Part shown: one piece after another, positions 30,070 to 39,609 of the stretch | Layout of the letters: the number at the start of each line of letters is the position of its first letter | How positions within the stretch are numbered: the stretch's first letter is position 1 | Assembly (NCBI GenBank): GCA_963742415.1 | Contig: CAVULX010000004.1 | Span: 1,216,001 to 1,280,000 of the forward strand | DNA from: an uncultured Parachlamydiaceae bacterium | GTDB taxonomy: Bacteria; Chlamydiota; Chlamydiia; Chlamydiales; Parachlamydiaceae | DNA: 64,000 nt | Reading direction: 5' to 3' | Notes under the pieces: generated by a model | Database searches by the model: none | What the model was told of the DNA's origin: nothing | Seen by the model: only the letters and a program-made list of their open reading frames with translations | Position numbers and translations under genes: made by a program

Positions 30070-32070
30070 CTAAGGGAGAATTTTTTGATAGGCCAACCGT
30101 TTGTGTTCCCAAGCTTGAGTTACGTTGTGAATCGTTTGGCAAAACTGCCTTTGCCTCTGTGTGTCATCGCACCGGTAAATAAATCCGATATAAGGGGTGT
30201 CATAAACTTTGACATAGGAATTGGCCAGATCTGAGGAGGGAACTTGCAGCTTTGTAAAAATCCGGTTGATCTCTTCTTTGACGCTTCGATCTTGCGCTTT
30301 AATCATGACATAGACAAATCCGGGATCATTCTTCATCTTCATGCTGTATCCTTCTCCAGCAAAAAAGCCGCTATCAATCATCTCTAACTGCATTAAAAAC
30401 AATGTCTTCAAAGCTTCTGGAGCCATGACTGTGCGCATCATGACAGGTGTTAAAGAGTAGAAAAAATTCTCCAACAACAACTCATTAAACTTCGCATGAT
30501 TGCCCAATAAATTTCTAATATTGCAAAGCAACTCATTTTGCTTAGAGATCATTCCCCCATTGAAATCGCGCAACTCCCCTACGATTCCCGTCAGCTCGTC
30601 GAATACGGCTTGCCGCGCTTTATAGAGATCGATGGAATGGTCGCGGCGCAAGAATTTTTCTTTGGGCAATTTGACCCTAAAAATCGTCGCCTCTTTCAAA
30701 TATTTTTTACGCAAATACCCCAAATTTTTGGTGCGGTCATGAATATATTCTAAAAAGCTGTTGTTTTTAGGGGGGTAGCGGAACATATCTTGAATGGAAA
30801 TGCTCCCGGGCTTGATGACCCTAACGAGAATCACAGTAAAGAATAAATTCGCATAGGTCTGCTCATCAAAAGAGATCGTCACTTGGGGAATATCCCGCAT
30901 GTACTTAATTTGGCTGCTCAAGCTCAAAACATTGCGCATCACCTCCTCTTCATTTCGAGGCATGAAGACGGGATGCATCAAATGTTCAATCCGATCCTTT
31001 AAGTCCATCGGAAGTTCTCGGCGCAAGACTAAAATCTCATCAGCTGTGAAATCCTGCCCATTTGTTTTTTCGATTTCAAGATAAAGGGAACAGATGTTTT
31101 CAGCTCCTCGGCGGTTTGCAAAGAAAGAATCTTCGATGGCTTGAGCATCGGGGATATAATTCTGGATGGCTGTCAACAGATGCCTTTTTTCAAAAACTTC
31201 TTTGTCTTGTAAAAAATTGATCCCGACCAAAATCCCTAAAGCTTTTTTGTCCCCTTCAGGCAGATGAAGATTGGTTCTGAAGAGTTTTAAGCTGAGATGC
31301 CTTTTTTCAGGGGCTAATTTGACCGCTGTTCGAAGCCATTTTCTAAAGAGATAGTGGATACTGATAATCCGGCTTAAATGGCGGGGGGTGCGCACAGTCT
31401 TAAAGTCATCCCGGCACATAACCAAGACGTGTTGCATTTCAGTTAATAAATCGATATCAAACTCTTTTGGCAACCGGCGAACCAGATAAGCCATATATTC
31501 TTGGACAAGAGCTGTCTTTTCATCAACCGAAAGGCCCCTAACTTCTAGGATGCGTCGCGCGTAATAGCTAGACTCAACTCCAAGCTTCGCCTCCATTTCG
31601 ATAATGGGTAAATTGCGGTAAATTTGTTCCAAGTCTTCCTTGTCGTCGACATGCAGCATCACCTCGCAGATCGTGTACAGCTCATCGCTGAACTCAGGCA
31701 TCCGGAAATCGGCAGCAAAGACCATAACCACGTTCAAACGCTTGCCAGGAACCAGCCATCGGCTGATCATCTCGAAAAAAAACTTAAAAGCGTTGGATCT
31801 GTATTTATAAAGGATGTAAAAAGACTGATTGGCTGGTGTTTGAGAGACTAAATGGCAGCCAACTAAAGGGAGAACAGCATGAAAATGGGCACATTGATCG
31901 GCTTGAAAATCGGCATCGGCTTCTTGAATTGTAAAAATATCTTCAGGTAAAATTTGTTGCAGTGCGTTCCGAATCGAAGCCACATAAAGTGCATTATTTT
32001 CATTTCCGGCCGGCAAATCAAAGCTTGTGACAATTTTTGGGATGCAGCTTTCTTGCAACATATCCGTCAC
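30070..32070 (-). CDS. Hypothetical 666-aa cytoplasmic protein
   Basis: Long ORF with AGGAG RBS and GTG start; no catalytic motif recognised. Confidence 0.8.
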   Translation of the reverse strand: MTDMLQESCIPKIVTSFDLPAGNENNALYVASIRNALQQILPEDIFTIQEADADFQADQCAHFHAVLPLVGCHLVSQTPANQSFYILYKYRSNAFKFFFEMISRWLVPGKRLNVVMVFAADFRMPEFSDELYTICEVMLHVDDKEDLEQIYRNLPIIEMEAKLGVESSYYARRILEVRGLSVDEKTALVQEYMAYLVRRLPKEFDIDLLTEMQHVLVMCRDDFKTVRTPRHLSRIISIHYLFRKWLRTAVKLAPEKRHLSLKLFRTNLHLPEGDKKALGILVGINFLQDKEVFEKRHLLTAIQNYIPDAQAIEDSFFANRRGAENICSLYLEIEKTNGQDFTADEILVLRRELPMDLKDRIEHLMHPVFMPRNEEEVMRNVLSLSSQIKYMRDIPQVTISFDEQTYANLFFTVILVRVIKPGSISIQDMFRYPPKNNSFLEYIHDRTKNLGYLRKKYLKEATIFRVKLPKEKFLRRDHSIDLYKARQAVFDELTGIVGELRDFNGGMISKQNELLCNIRNLLGNHAKFNELLLENFFYSLTPVMMRTVMAPEALKTLFLMQLEMIDSGFFAGEGYSMKMKNDPGFVYVMIKAQDRSVKEEINRIFTKLQVPSSDLANSYVKVYDTPYIGFIYRCDDTQRQRQFCQTIHNVTQAWEHKRLAYQKILP

Positions 32071-32176
32071 CTCCTAGGGAAGTGGATGCTTTTCAGCTAA
32101 ATTGAACTAGAAACGCGCAAAAATATTTCAGCCACATTATTTTCAATGTAGCAAGTGTCATTTTAACAAAAAAGGA

Positions 32177-32294
32177 AAAAGAGCAAGATCAGCAAGATCG
32201 CCTTGAAATACTCGTACCCATGCCCTTGTACATGCGGATGTACAAGGGCATGGGTACGAGTATTTCAAGGCGATCTTGCTGATCTTGCTCTTTT
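32177..32294. repeat. Perfect hairpin with 57-bp arms and a 4-nt loop; family B-like outer ends
   Basis: 32177-32233 is the exact reverse complement of 32238-32294. An 18-bp tandem duplication follows (32287-32322). Confidence 0.9.
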
Positions 32295-32430
32295 ATTGAA
32301 TTGAGCTCTTTTATTGAATTGAGCAATGTTATATTAAAATCATTATTATTGACAAAAATAATCTATTTAATATAAAATTTTGTTAATTAATTTAAGTTGA
32401 AAATTACGAGTGTAATCGAGTTTAAAAAAC

Positions 32431-32498
32431 CTCTGTGTTCTCTGTGATCTCTGTGGTTTATTAAAATTCAACCACAGAGTTCACAGAGATCACAGAGA
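32431..32498. repeat. CACAGAG-type imperfect palindrome (family E)
   Basis: CTCTGTGTTCTCTGTGATCTCTGTGGTT ... AACCACAGAGTTCACAGAGATCACAGAG. Confidence 0.75.
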
Positions 32499-32554
32499 GA
32501 CAATAAATTTAATTATTTGCAACTTACGTACTTATTTATAAAGTTGAGGATTCA

Positions 32555-32740
32555 ATGTTATTTCGCTTTTTATTAATATGTTTTGGCACACTTTTATTAA
32601 CAGCGTGTGCATCATCATTTTATAACCAAAATGAAACTGACTACGCCCAATTTGACTTCGAATCTTCGGAATTTTCCGTTGAAGACGAACCCAATGATGA
32701 TGAAGATCATGCGGACGATTCGATAACTTGGATCAATTAA
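32555..32740 (+). CDS. Small acidic lipoprotein
   Basis: GAGG RBS, lipobox LTAC, D/E-rich mature part. Confidence 0.6.
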   Translation: MLFRFLLICFGTLLLTACASSFYNQNETDYAQFDFESSEFSVEDEPNDDEDHADDSITWIN

Positions 32741-32800
32741 TTGACAAAGATTATCTAGTAATAAAATTAAATTAATATTTACCTTTAAAAGGTTATTTTT

Positions 32801-34444
32801 ATGGACGCAAAAGATGTAACTTATTCCCCCAATCTTTCGTTAATCCTTCCATCCCAACATAAAACAGACAGTGATTTAATCAATTTATTGCCCGATGAGC
32901 TGATCCTTAAAATTTTTGAATATCTTAATTATAATTCTTTTTGTTCAGCATCTTCAACTTGTGTAAGATGGAAAACTATCTCTAAAGACAGTTCATTGTT
33001 CCAAGAAGAGTTGCTTATAAAAGCTCTCCAGAAAACTACACCTCAATGCTCTCCCTGGATTCATGAACCTGGGGGCTCAAATCATTTCATACCTCGAGCT
33101 CACATTGTTCATGAAAATAAGGGTCTATTGATGGTGGTATCCGAGTCTTTATACCTCATGACTGTGTCTTCAAAAAATCCCCCTCCGCCTCTTTTAGGCG
33201 AATGTTCTTATATAGGGATCTTAAATTCCAATTTATGGTTTCATAAGCCACCTGACACCTTGATCAAAATAAAGAAAGAAGAAATTATATCAGGAGTCAA
33301 AGAAGAAATAGGCTCATCTAAAGATGGAGAAAAAATAACCAATGAAATTTCAATTCAAAAAGCTCTTAATGATTCCGGTATTCCCGATTACAAATTTACC
33401 TTTTTGCAATATTTTCCCTATTCACAAGATCAATTGATTATAGTTGATCACGAAGGTCTTATTTGCTTATGGGATGCTAAGTCTGAAAAAATTACCAACA
33501 GCCAAAACATTTTTTCTGACACCAGTGTTATTCAAGCTTCCACTCAAAAAAAAACCATTAATCTAACCCAGAGAGTGGGGAATTTTCTGATTTTGCTATT
33601 AAGCGGGGCGCAGTTTCGTTATGCCTGGTTCGATCTAAATCTATTTCTCCGAGATGAATACGCCTTGAAAAAAATTATTCATCCTTCTCTAGCTCTTGCT
33701 GACGGGTGGAAATTAACAAATTCTTCCCATCTTTTCGTTTCCGATGACGAAAACTGTGTCTCAAGCCTTGCCATCGGTGATTATAAAAATGACGAAGAAT
33801 TTACCGAGGGTTGCAAATCGGTTTGGCAATATCAAGTGCAATCCACCCTAGTAGATGGCCGCATTCTACTCGATAAATTGCCCTCTCCAACTCTAAAAAT
33901 CGTTAACGATGAATGGGTCATCTTCACCTACAAATCTTATTCAGAAAATAATGAAGGAAGAGCAATCTCTGTCTTAGAAGCACAAAAGGGTGGACATGTA
34001 TTTGATATCGACTTAGGTAATGCATATAATGCCAAGATATGGTTATTTAAAAATATTCTTATTCATCAAAAAGAGGTGCCAACTCAGATTGAATTATGGT
34101 CTATATCGCACAAAGAATGTTTAGGAACCATCGACCTGGCTAAATATATGGAGAACGAGATCGGAGAGTTTGACATCACCGACTTCAAGTTTTTTGGAAA
34201 AAAATGTTACATTGTTTTAGCTACAAAGCAAAATTTTACCGTTTTAATGTATGACTTACAATTAAATTCACCTTCTTCCAATGACACAACCACCCCAACA
34301 AGAGTCATTCCCCCAATTCCACAAAATAACGCTCACCTATTTTCCTCTATCAATGTTTGGAACAGTTTTGTCAGGCTTGTCACGTGGATTAAAGACTCTT
34401 TTTCACCCATTACCCGTCTTGCTAGACGGATATTGGGTTTTTAA
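32801..34444 (+). CDS. F-box domain protein with probable beta-propeller C-terminus (eukaryote-like effector)
   Basis: LLPDELILKIFEYL...S.TCVRWKTISKD F-box; GLICLWD and IELWSI WD-like strands. Confidence 0.85.
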   Translation: MDAKDVTYSPNLSLILPSQHKTDSDLINLLPDELILKIFEYLNYNSFCSASSTCVRWKTISKDSSLFQEELLIKALQKTTPQCSPWIHEPGGSNHFIPRAHIVHENKGLLMVVSESLYLMTVSSKNPPPPLLGECSYIGILNSNLWFHKPPDTLIKIKKEEIISGVKEEIGSSKDGEKITNEISIQKALNDSGIPDYKFTFLQYFPYSQDQLIIVDHEGLICLWDAKSEKITNSQNIFSDTSVIQASTQKKTINLTQRVGNFLILLLSGAQFRYAWFDLNLFLRDEYALKKIIHPSLALADGWKLTNSSHLFVSDDENCVSSLAIGDYKNDEEFTEGCKSVWQYQVQSTLVDGRILLDKLPSPTLKIVNDEWVIFTYKSYSENNEGRAISVLEAQKGGHVFDIDLGNAYNAKIWLFKNILIHQKEVPTQIELWSISHKECLGTIDLAKYMENEIGEFDITDFKFFGKKCYIVLATKQNFTVLMYDLQLNSPSSNDTTTPTRVIPPIPQNNAHLFSSINVWNSFVRLVTWIKDSFSPITRLARRILGF

Positions 34445-34456
34445 TTAATGGCTATG

Positions 34457-35110
34457 TCATTTAAACACTCGCGCCCATTGATTTACACTATGAAGAGTTG
34501 TCCGGCTAAAAAGGGTATTGAATGAAGCCGTCAGTTGGACTCTCAAATTCTGGATTCTCACATCTGTTGCCCCAGCTATAGAACCCGCCCCCACCGAATT
34601 TGAAGATTGAACGCTTGCTCCATTACAAAAGGCTACAAATTTACGTGTAACCCACTCTCCCCCATCCACAACAGATTTGATTAAAGCAGGGAGCCCAAGA
34701 ACACAGGCAGCTACGTTGGCAATATGCCTGGGGTGATAAGGATTAACCGCAAAAATAGTGTTAGGCCCAAACAATTGCAAAAGTCGCGCTTGAGAAAACA
34801 CTCTTCCCGCTGTCCAAGAGCAAATATCTGCCCCTGGCTTGCTGGTCAAGAGGCTCAATACCAAAGAGATCCGTGCCATGACAAAAGTGGCCTTGAGCGC
34901 TGTTATTTCCCAACCAGAATCGTCTTGTTGTGCCAAAGAAGCCCTTTTCCTATTCTGCCAAGCTTCCTTAAGATCGATGGCATTATCATAGATCTCCCAA
35001 ACTCCGAATCCAAAGGCAGCATAGCTAGCCACACTTTTGATTCCATTTTTAACTGCAGGATTATTCAAAAATGACACTGATAACTTAATAGGATTAAAAG
35101 AAACTGACAT
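34457..35110 (-). CDS. Hypothetical membrane-associated protein
   Basis: 217-aa ORF, GGAG RBS, hydrophobic segments. Confidence 0.7.
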   Translation of the reverse strand: MSVSFNPIKLSVSFLNNPAVKNGIKSVASYAAFGFGVWEIYDNAIDLKEAWQNRKRASLAQQDDSGWEITALKATFVMARISLVLSLLTSKPGADICSWTAGRVFSQARLLQLFGPNTIFAVNPYHPRHIANVAACVLGLPALIKSVVDGGEWVTRKFVAFCNGASVQSSNSVGAGSIAGATDVRIQNLRVQLTASFNTLFSRTTLHSVNQWARVFK

Positions 35111-35230
35111 AAAGAAACTCCAAACTTTATAAAACTTTTAGAGTAAAAGAATAAACTGCGACGGAGATATTGTCAATAATCTATGCATTTGCGATAAAAA
35201 GGGCTGCATCATTAAATTGGGACACATGGC

Positions 35231-36085
35231 ATGGAAAACAAAAGCACAGATTTTTTACTGACCCCTCCCCATTTCCAACCCCAACTTAATTATGTTTATA
35301 CCTATTCCCAATGGGCGCAACCCCAATTCAACTGGGCCCTCAAATTTCTAGATAAAATAGACTTAAGCCATGCCTCTCATATTGTCGATATGGGATGCAG
35401 AGAAGGAAGTACCACGCTAGAAATCGCCAGGCGCTATCCCGGCTCTCACGTCATCGGCATTGATAATTCCGCAAGCTTCCTTGAATTAGCCAACGAACAT
35501 CTGGCGAAGCACGTAGTCCCCAACGTCGAATTCCGTTTCCAAGATCCTGTGCAAATGGACTTCCAAGAAAAAATTGATGCTATTGTTTCTTTCTCAATGT
35601 TCCATTGGATCGAAGACAAATTAGCCGCTTTAAAAGCCATTTATAGGAGTCTTAAAAATGGGGGCAAAGCGTATCTCCTTTTTTATGCCGATGCTCAAAG
35701 GGAGCGTTTTGATGATTGTCTCAACACCGTCATGCAGTATCCAAAGTGGCAAGATTACTTCTCCCACAAGCCTAAGGAACTCAAAGACATTCGCCTTGCT
35801 TCTTTAATTCCTCTCATTGATGCTTCCGGCTTGGCTGTGAAGCGCTTGGAATTTGTCGACATCGAAGATATTTTTGCTACCGAAGAGCAATTTGTCAATT
35901 GGTTTACAACCTGGTTTCAAGAGTTGAAATTTTTGCCGGAAGATTTACATGTTTCTTTTCTTCAAGAAGTGGTGGCAAAATATTTAGAAAAACATCCCGC
36001 TGATGCCCATGGAAACTATCACCGGTATGATTATTTACTTGAACTTGAGTTATTTAAACCCGCAATTCGGGATCAAATATTTTAA
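35231..36085 (+). CDS. Class I SAM-dependent methyltransferase (Tam-like)
   Basis: VDMGCREG, VIGIDNS, DAIVSFSMFHW and LKNGG motifs. Confidence 0.85.
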   Translation: MENKSTDFLLTPPHFQPQLNYVYTYSQWAQPQFNWALKFLDKIDLSHASHIVDMGCREGSTTLEIARRYPGSHVIGIDNSASFLELANEHLAKHVVPNVEFRFQDPVQMDFQEKIDAIVSFSMFHWIEDKLAALKAIYRSLKNGGKAYLLFYADAQRERFDDCLNTVMQYPKWQDYFSHKPKELKDIRLASLIPLIDASGLAVKRLEFVDIEDIFATEEQFVNWFTTWFQELKFLPEDLHVSFLQEVVAKYLEKHPADAHGNYHRYDYLLELELFKPAIRDQIF

Positions 36086-36163
36086 AACTTCATCTCAACT
36101 TTATTTACACTCACAAGAAATTTTATATATTCTTAACAATTTCACCCTATAAAGCAATTAACA

Positions 36164-36319
36164 ATGAAAAAAGAGCAACAAGAGCCTAAAAATCAGCAAT
36201 ACCAACAAGACCATGCAAGGCTCATCCAGAAGTTAGCTTTGCGTCTTCCATGGTTGGTTGTGAGCGTCATTTTTGTGGTTGTTATTTTGACTATATTACA
36301 AATTTTGTGGGGGGTATGA
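36164..36319 (+). CDS. 51-aa single-TM small protein (below the ORF-track cutoff)
   Basis: MKKEQQEPKNQQYQQDHARLIQKLALRLPWLVVSVIFVVVILTILQILWGV*; its stop overlaps the next start (ATGA). Confidence 0.6.
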   Translation: MKKEQQEPKNQQYQQDHARLIQKLALRLPWLVVSVIFVVVILTILQILWGV

Positions 36320-36723
36320 TAATGGTTTCAGCTTTATATGACCAAGCTTTAACAGGCTTTGAAAAAACAGTTGCCGCCGTATCCACCGCATGGATTCCCA
36401 GAAAGCCCTGGATCGGTTTTGTAGGGGTCTGCGCTTGCTGGTATGGGAGACGGGTCGCTTTAACTTATGCGCCGGGCTACGTTGCCAATTATTTTATCCA
36501 AGCTACAATTGTATTTACCGGCTCTGCGACAATAGGCAAAGCGACAGGCATTGCTTTAGTCGCCCCCATGTTTACTCCAAGTGTTGTTCCATGGGTTGCA
36601 ACAATTACCGGACTTGCTTTATTATATAGCGTTGTCCTCATTTGTAATCTTTTTCAACAATATGTGATTGAAAAGATCGGCCAAAATACCAAAATTGCTG
36701 ATAGCAAAAAATCTGAGATCTAA
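36316..36723 (+). CDS. Hypothetical membrane protein
   Basis: Several hydrophobic helices; start likely 36316 or 36322. Confidence 0.65.
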   Translation: MIMVSALYDQALTGFEKTVAAVSTAWIPRKPWIGFVGVCACWYGRRVALTYAPGYVANYFIQATIVFTGSATIGKATGIALVAPMFTPSVVPWVATITGLALLYSVVLICNLFQQYVIEKIGQNTKIADSKKSEI

Positions 36724-36724
36724 T

Positions 36725-37087
36725 ATGCGCCCCTTTATTTTTTTTATTACTATTTTTTTACCCCTCTTTTCTTTTGCAGCTCATTTTGAAAATCTTGTCG
36801 ACTTAACGATTAAGATTGAAGACGTTAACCTTAAGATAAAAATCACAAATCTTAACTTCAATGGGGAAGAGGTAAAATTAGATGAACCCGATCTATTTAA
36901 ACCTCGAAAAATAGCCCGTTACCGTTTACCGCCAGGAAGATATATGCTTAACTGGACAACGGAAAAAGCGGGTACAAAGTTTGCCAACGAATCCCCTTCT
37001 GAAAATCATGAACGGATTTTGGTCTTAGAACGAGGCGATATCACCATAAATGTCACCATCAAAGGAAATGCGATCAATCTTTTTTGA
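36725..37087 (+). CDS. Hypothetical exported protein
   Basis: ATG 1 nt after the upstream stop; signal peptide MRPFIFFITIFLPLFSFA. Confidence 0.7.
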   Translation: MRPFIFFITIFLPLFSFAAHFENLVDLTIKIEDVNLKIKITNLNFNGEEVKLDEPDLFKPRKIARYRLPPGRYMLNWTTEKAGTKFANESPSENHERILVLERGDITINVTIKGNAINLF

Positions 37088-37120
37088 ATGTATCGCTTCA
37101 ATTGTGTATATACATTTCTT

Positions 37121-37978
37121 ATGAGGACGGAGACACTTACTCTACAGCACCAGGAGCTTTTAGAAAAACGTTTCCTTGAAATGGAAATAGAGATTTCCGA
37201 ATATACTTTCGCCAATCTCTATTTATTCAGGGATGTGCACCTGTACGAAGTCGTCTACTCAGAAGATCTTTATGTAAAAGGAAAAAGCCGAGACGGGTTT
37301 TCCTACTTGATGCCCACTTCCCCGAAAGAAAAGCTCAGTTTAAAGGATATTGCCTTGTGCCTCCGTGGAATTGATTTTTTGTTTCCGATTCCACAAGAAT
37401 GGAGCCCTTTATTTCCTTCATCCCAATTCCAAACAAGCTTTTTGGAAAATGACTGCGATTATTTTTATTCTGTGGAGCAGATGAGCACCTATGCTGGAAG
37501 ACATTTGAGCGGCAGGAGAAATCTCGTTAAACAATTCAAAGAGCAGTACGCTGCGCATCAAGATTACCCACTTGACAAATCCCGCATAAAAGATGCCTTG
37601 CAAGTATTGGAGGAATGGCATGAGCATGCCAAGGAAGATGTGACACGCTTTACAGATTATGCCGCTTGCCGTGAAGCTTTGAATCTCTTCGAACGTTTGC
37701 ATCTGACGGGTCACATTACCTATGTGGACGGGAAACCCATTGGAATTCTTCTCGGAGAACCCCTAAACCAAAAAGTTTATGTTATTCACTTTGCAAAAGC
37801 CCTGATCGCATACAAAGGAGCCTATCAATACCTTTACCAAACATTTGCAAAAACCCTTGAAAATAAATATCAAATGATTAATTTAGAGCAAGATTTAGGG
37901 ATGATGGAATTAAAGCACGCGAAACGAGCCTATCTTCCCGATCATTTGGCCATCAAATTAAGGATAAAGCCATTATGA
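37121..37978 (+). CDS. Stand-alone DUF2156 / aminoacyl-tRNA-dependent (LPG synthase C-terminal-like) GNAT protein
   Basis: SEYTFANLYLF, DYFY, GRHLSGRRN, IHFAKA...KGAYQ and INLEQDLG..L..AK.AY.P motifs. Confidence 0.85.
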   Translation: MRTETLTLQHQELLEKRFLEMEIEISEYTFANLYLFRDVHLYEVVYSEDLYVKGKSRDGFSYLMPTSPKEKLSLKDIALCLRGIDFLFPIPQEWSPLFPSSQFQTSFLENDCDYFYSVEQMSTYAGRHLSGRRNLVKQFKEQYAAHQDYPLDKSRIKDALQVLEEWHEHAKEDVTRFTDYAACREALNLFERLHLTGHITYVDGKPIGILLGEPLNQKVYVIHFAKALIAYKGAYQYLYQTFAKTLENKYQMINLEQDLGMMELKHAKRAYLPDHLAIKLRIKPL

Positions 37979-38394
37979 AAACCAGATACCCTCTGCTGAT
38001 CTCTATTTTTCTTTGCTTGGCCCCAACTTCTTTAAGCTTCGCGCACGCTTCAGCGGAAAAAAAAGACGCTGAAATCAATACCAAAGGGATGGAAGCATTA
38101 GTTAATTCCAAAATCCCTATGGTTATTTTAGATGCCAGGCCAGCCAAATTTGCTCCAGAAGGGCGGATACCCGGTGCAAAGTATATGTCGGACCAGGTTA
38201 AGCCTGAGCAAGCCGTGGCCTTGATCAGCTCGAAGGACGCCTTAATCGTCACTTATTGCGACGGAATAGACTGCCCTTTAAGTGTTGACCTAGCAGAGCA
38301 TATGAAAAAATTAGGCTACAAAAATGTCATCGAGTATCGGGAAGGGATCGAAGGATGGCTAAACGCTGGCCTTCCGGTCGATAAGGTCAAATAA
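37975..38394 (+). CDS. Rhodanese-like domain protein with signal peptide
   Basis: ILDAR, GRIPGA, IVTYC and GY.NV..Y.EGIEGW..AGLPV motifs. Confidence 0.88.
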   Translation: MKTRYPLLISIFLCLAPTSLSFAHASAEKKDAEINTKGMEALVNSKIPMVILDARPAKFAPEGRIPGAKYMSDQVKPEQAVALISSKDALIVTYCDGIDCPLSVDLAEHMKKLGYKNVIEYREGIEGWLNAGLPVDKVK

Positions 38395-38570
38395 CCTGTT
38401 CAGCACAGCTCAAAGTCAGCTGCTAGTACTTTCTCCACTTTTTTTAAAAAGTTTTCTTGACATACCTTTATTGAACAAGTAAAAATTTATTTTCTGCTAT
38501 CCAAAAAAAATTTGACGCAAAGGTATTCTCTCTAAAAACAAAATAACCTTAACCACAAAGGAAAAAAACA

Positions 38571-39401
38571 ATGAAAAAATACGCCTTTTTTTGCTCCATT
38601 CTGTTAGCTTTTTCAGTAACCACTTGTTGGGCAAAAGACTCTCTACAGCTTCCAAAAGCAACAAATAAAGTTGAATGTCTTGTAAAACGGATTAACCGGG
38701 GCGGAAAAGAACGGAATTTAACCGGAAATGCCCACCTCAAAGTGCGCAACGGCACAAGTTCTAATTGGAGCGGATATGTCGCTGCGACGAATATAAATCG
38801 TCCCAAGAGGAATTCTATTTCGGCCATATCGGGCGCATGGACAATACCTGCTCTTTCTCCAACTATTGGAGACGCCTACTCATCTATTTGGGTTGGAATT
38901 GATGGATATACTGATGGGACTGTAGAACAAATCGGAACTGAGCAAGATTGGTCTAGCGGCAGCCAACAAAACTACGCTTGGTTTGAGATGTATCCTCGGG
39001 GTTCTTTTGAAATTGTCGGCTTTCCCGTAGATGTCGGCGATCAAATTTCCGCCTCTGTTCAATACTTGCAAAACAACCAGTATGAATTAAGCATTCATAA
39101 TATCACTAAAAATGTCTTTTCCGTGATCCCAGTTTCCAAAACAACATCACGAAAAGCACAAAGAAGTTCTGCTGAATGGGTTGTTGAAGCTCCTACTAGC
39201 TCTTCTGTTCTACCTCTGGCCGACTTCTTAAATGTGACTTTCACTAATTGCAGCGCAACCATCGGAGGAGTCCAGGGAGCGATCAATCGCACCAATCCAG
39301 ATAAAATCAATATGGCTGATCAAGGGGGAGTTGTCAAAGCGGTTACATCAGATTTAACTGATTCCGGAACTACATTTACCGTATCTTGGCAACATCTATA
39401 A
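38571..39401 (+). CDS. Secreted G1 family glutamic endopeptidase
   Basis: Signal/propeptide; SSNWSGY, WVGIDG, EQIGT, AWFEMYP and SAEWVVEAP motifs. Confidence 0.9.
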   Translation: MKKYAFFCSILLAFSVTTCWAKDSLQLPKATNKVECLVKRINRGGKERNLTGNAHLKVRNGTSSNWSGYVAATNINRPKRNSISAISGAWTIPALSPTIGDAYSSIWVGIDGYTDGTVEQIGTEQDWSSGSQQNYAWFEMYPRGSFEIVGFPVDVGDQISASVQYLQNNQYELSIHNITKNVFSVIPVSKTTSRKAQRSSAEWVVEAPTSSSVLPLADFLNVTFTNCSATIGGVQGAINRTNPDKINMADQGGVVKAVTSDLTDSGTTFTVSWQHL

Positions 39402-39459
39402 AAAAATAACAAAGATACAATGCAATGCAAAATAACCCTTAGAGAAGGAAAAAGAATTC

Positions 39460-39602
39460 AACGCAGAGGCGCAAAGACCGCAAAGGAACAGGATAAGCAG
39501 AATCGCTTTCGGCGGCAGGATAGGCAGGATCTATTAATTTTACAAATAATAAATCCTGCCTATCCTGCCGCCGAAGGCGATCCTGCTTATCCTGTTCCCT
39601 TT
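39460..39602. repeat. Family B palindromic element between convergent genes
   Basis: GGAACAGGATAAGCAG.ATCGC.TTCGGCGGCAGGATAGGCAGGAT with its inverted arm. Confidence 0.85.
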
Positions 39603-39609
39603 GAGCCTG

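Noticed and set aside
29996..30142. N-terminal extensions of rpe (also accC, cydA, murB, nusB, M18 peptidase) in the ORF track
   Set aside because: Downstream starts fit family N-termini and RBS positions better.
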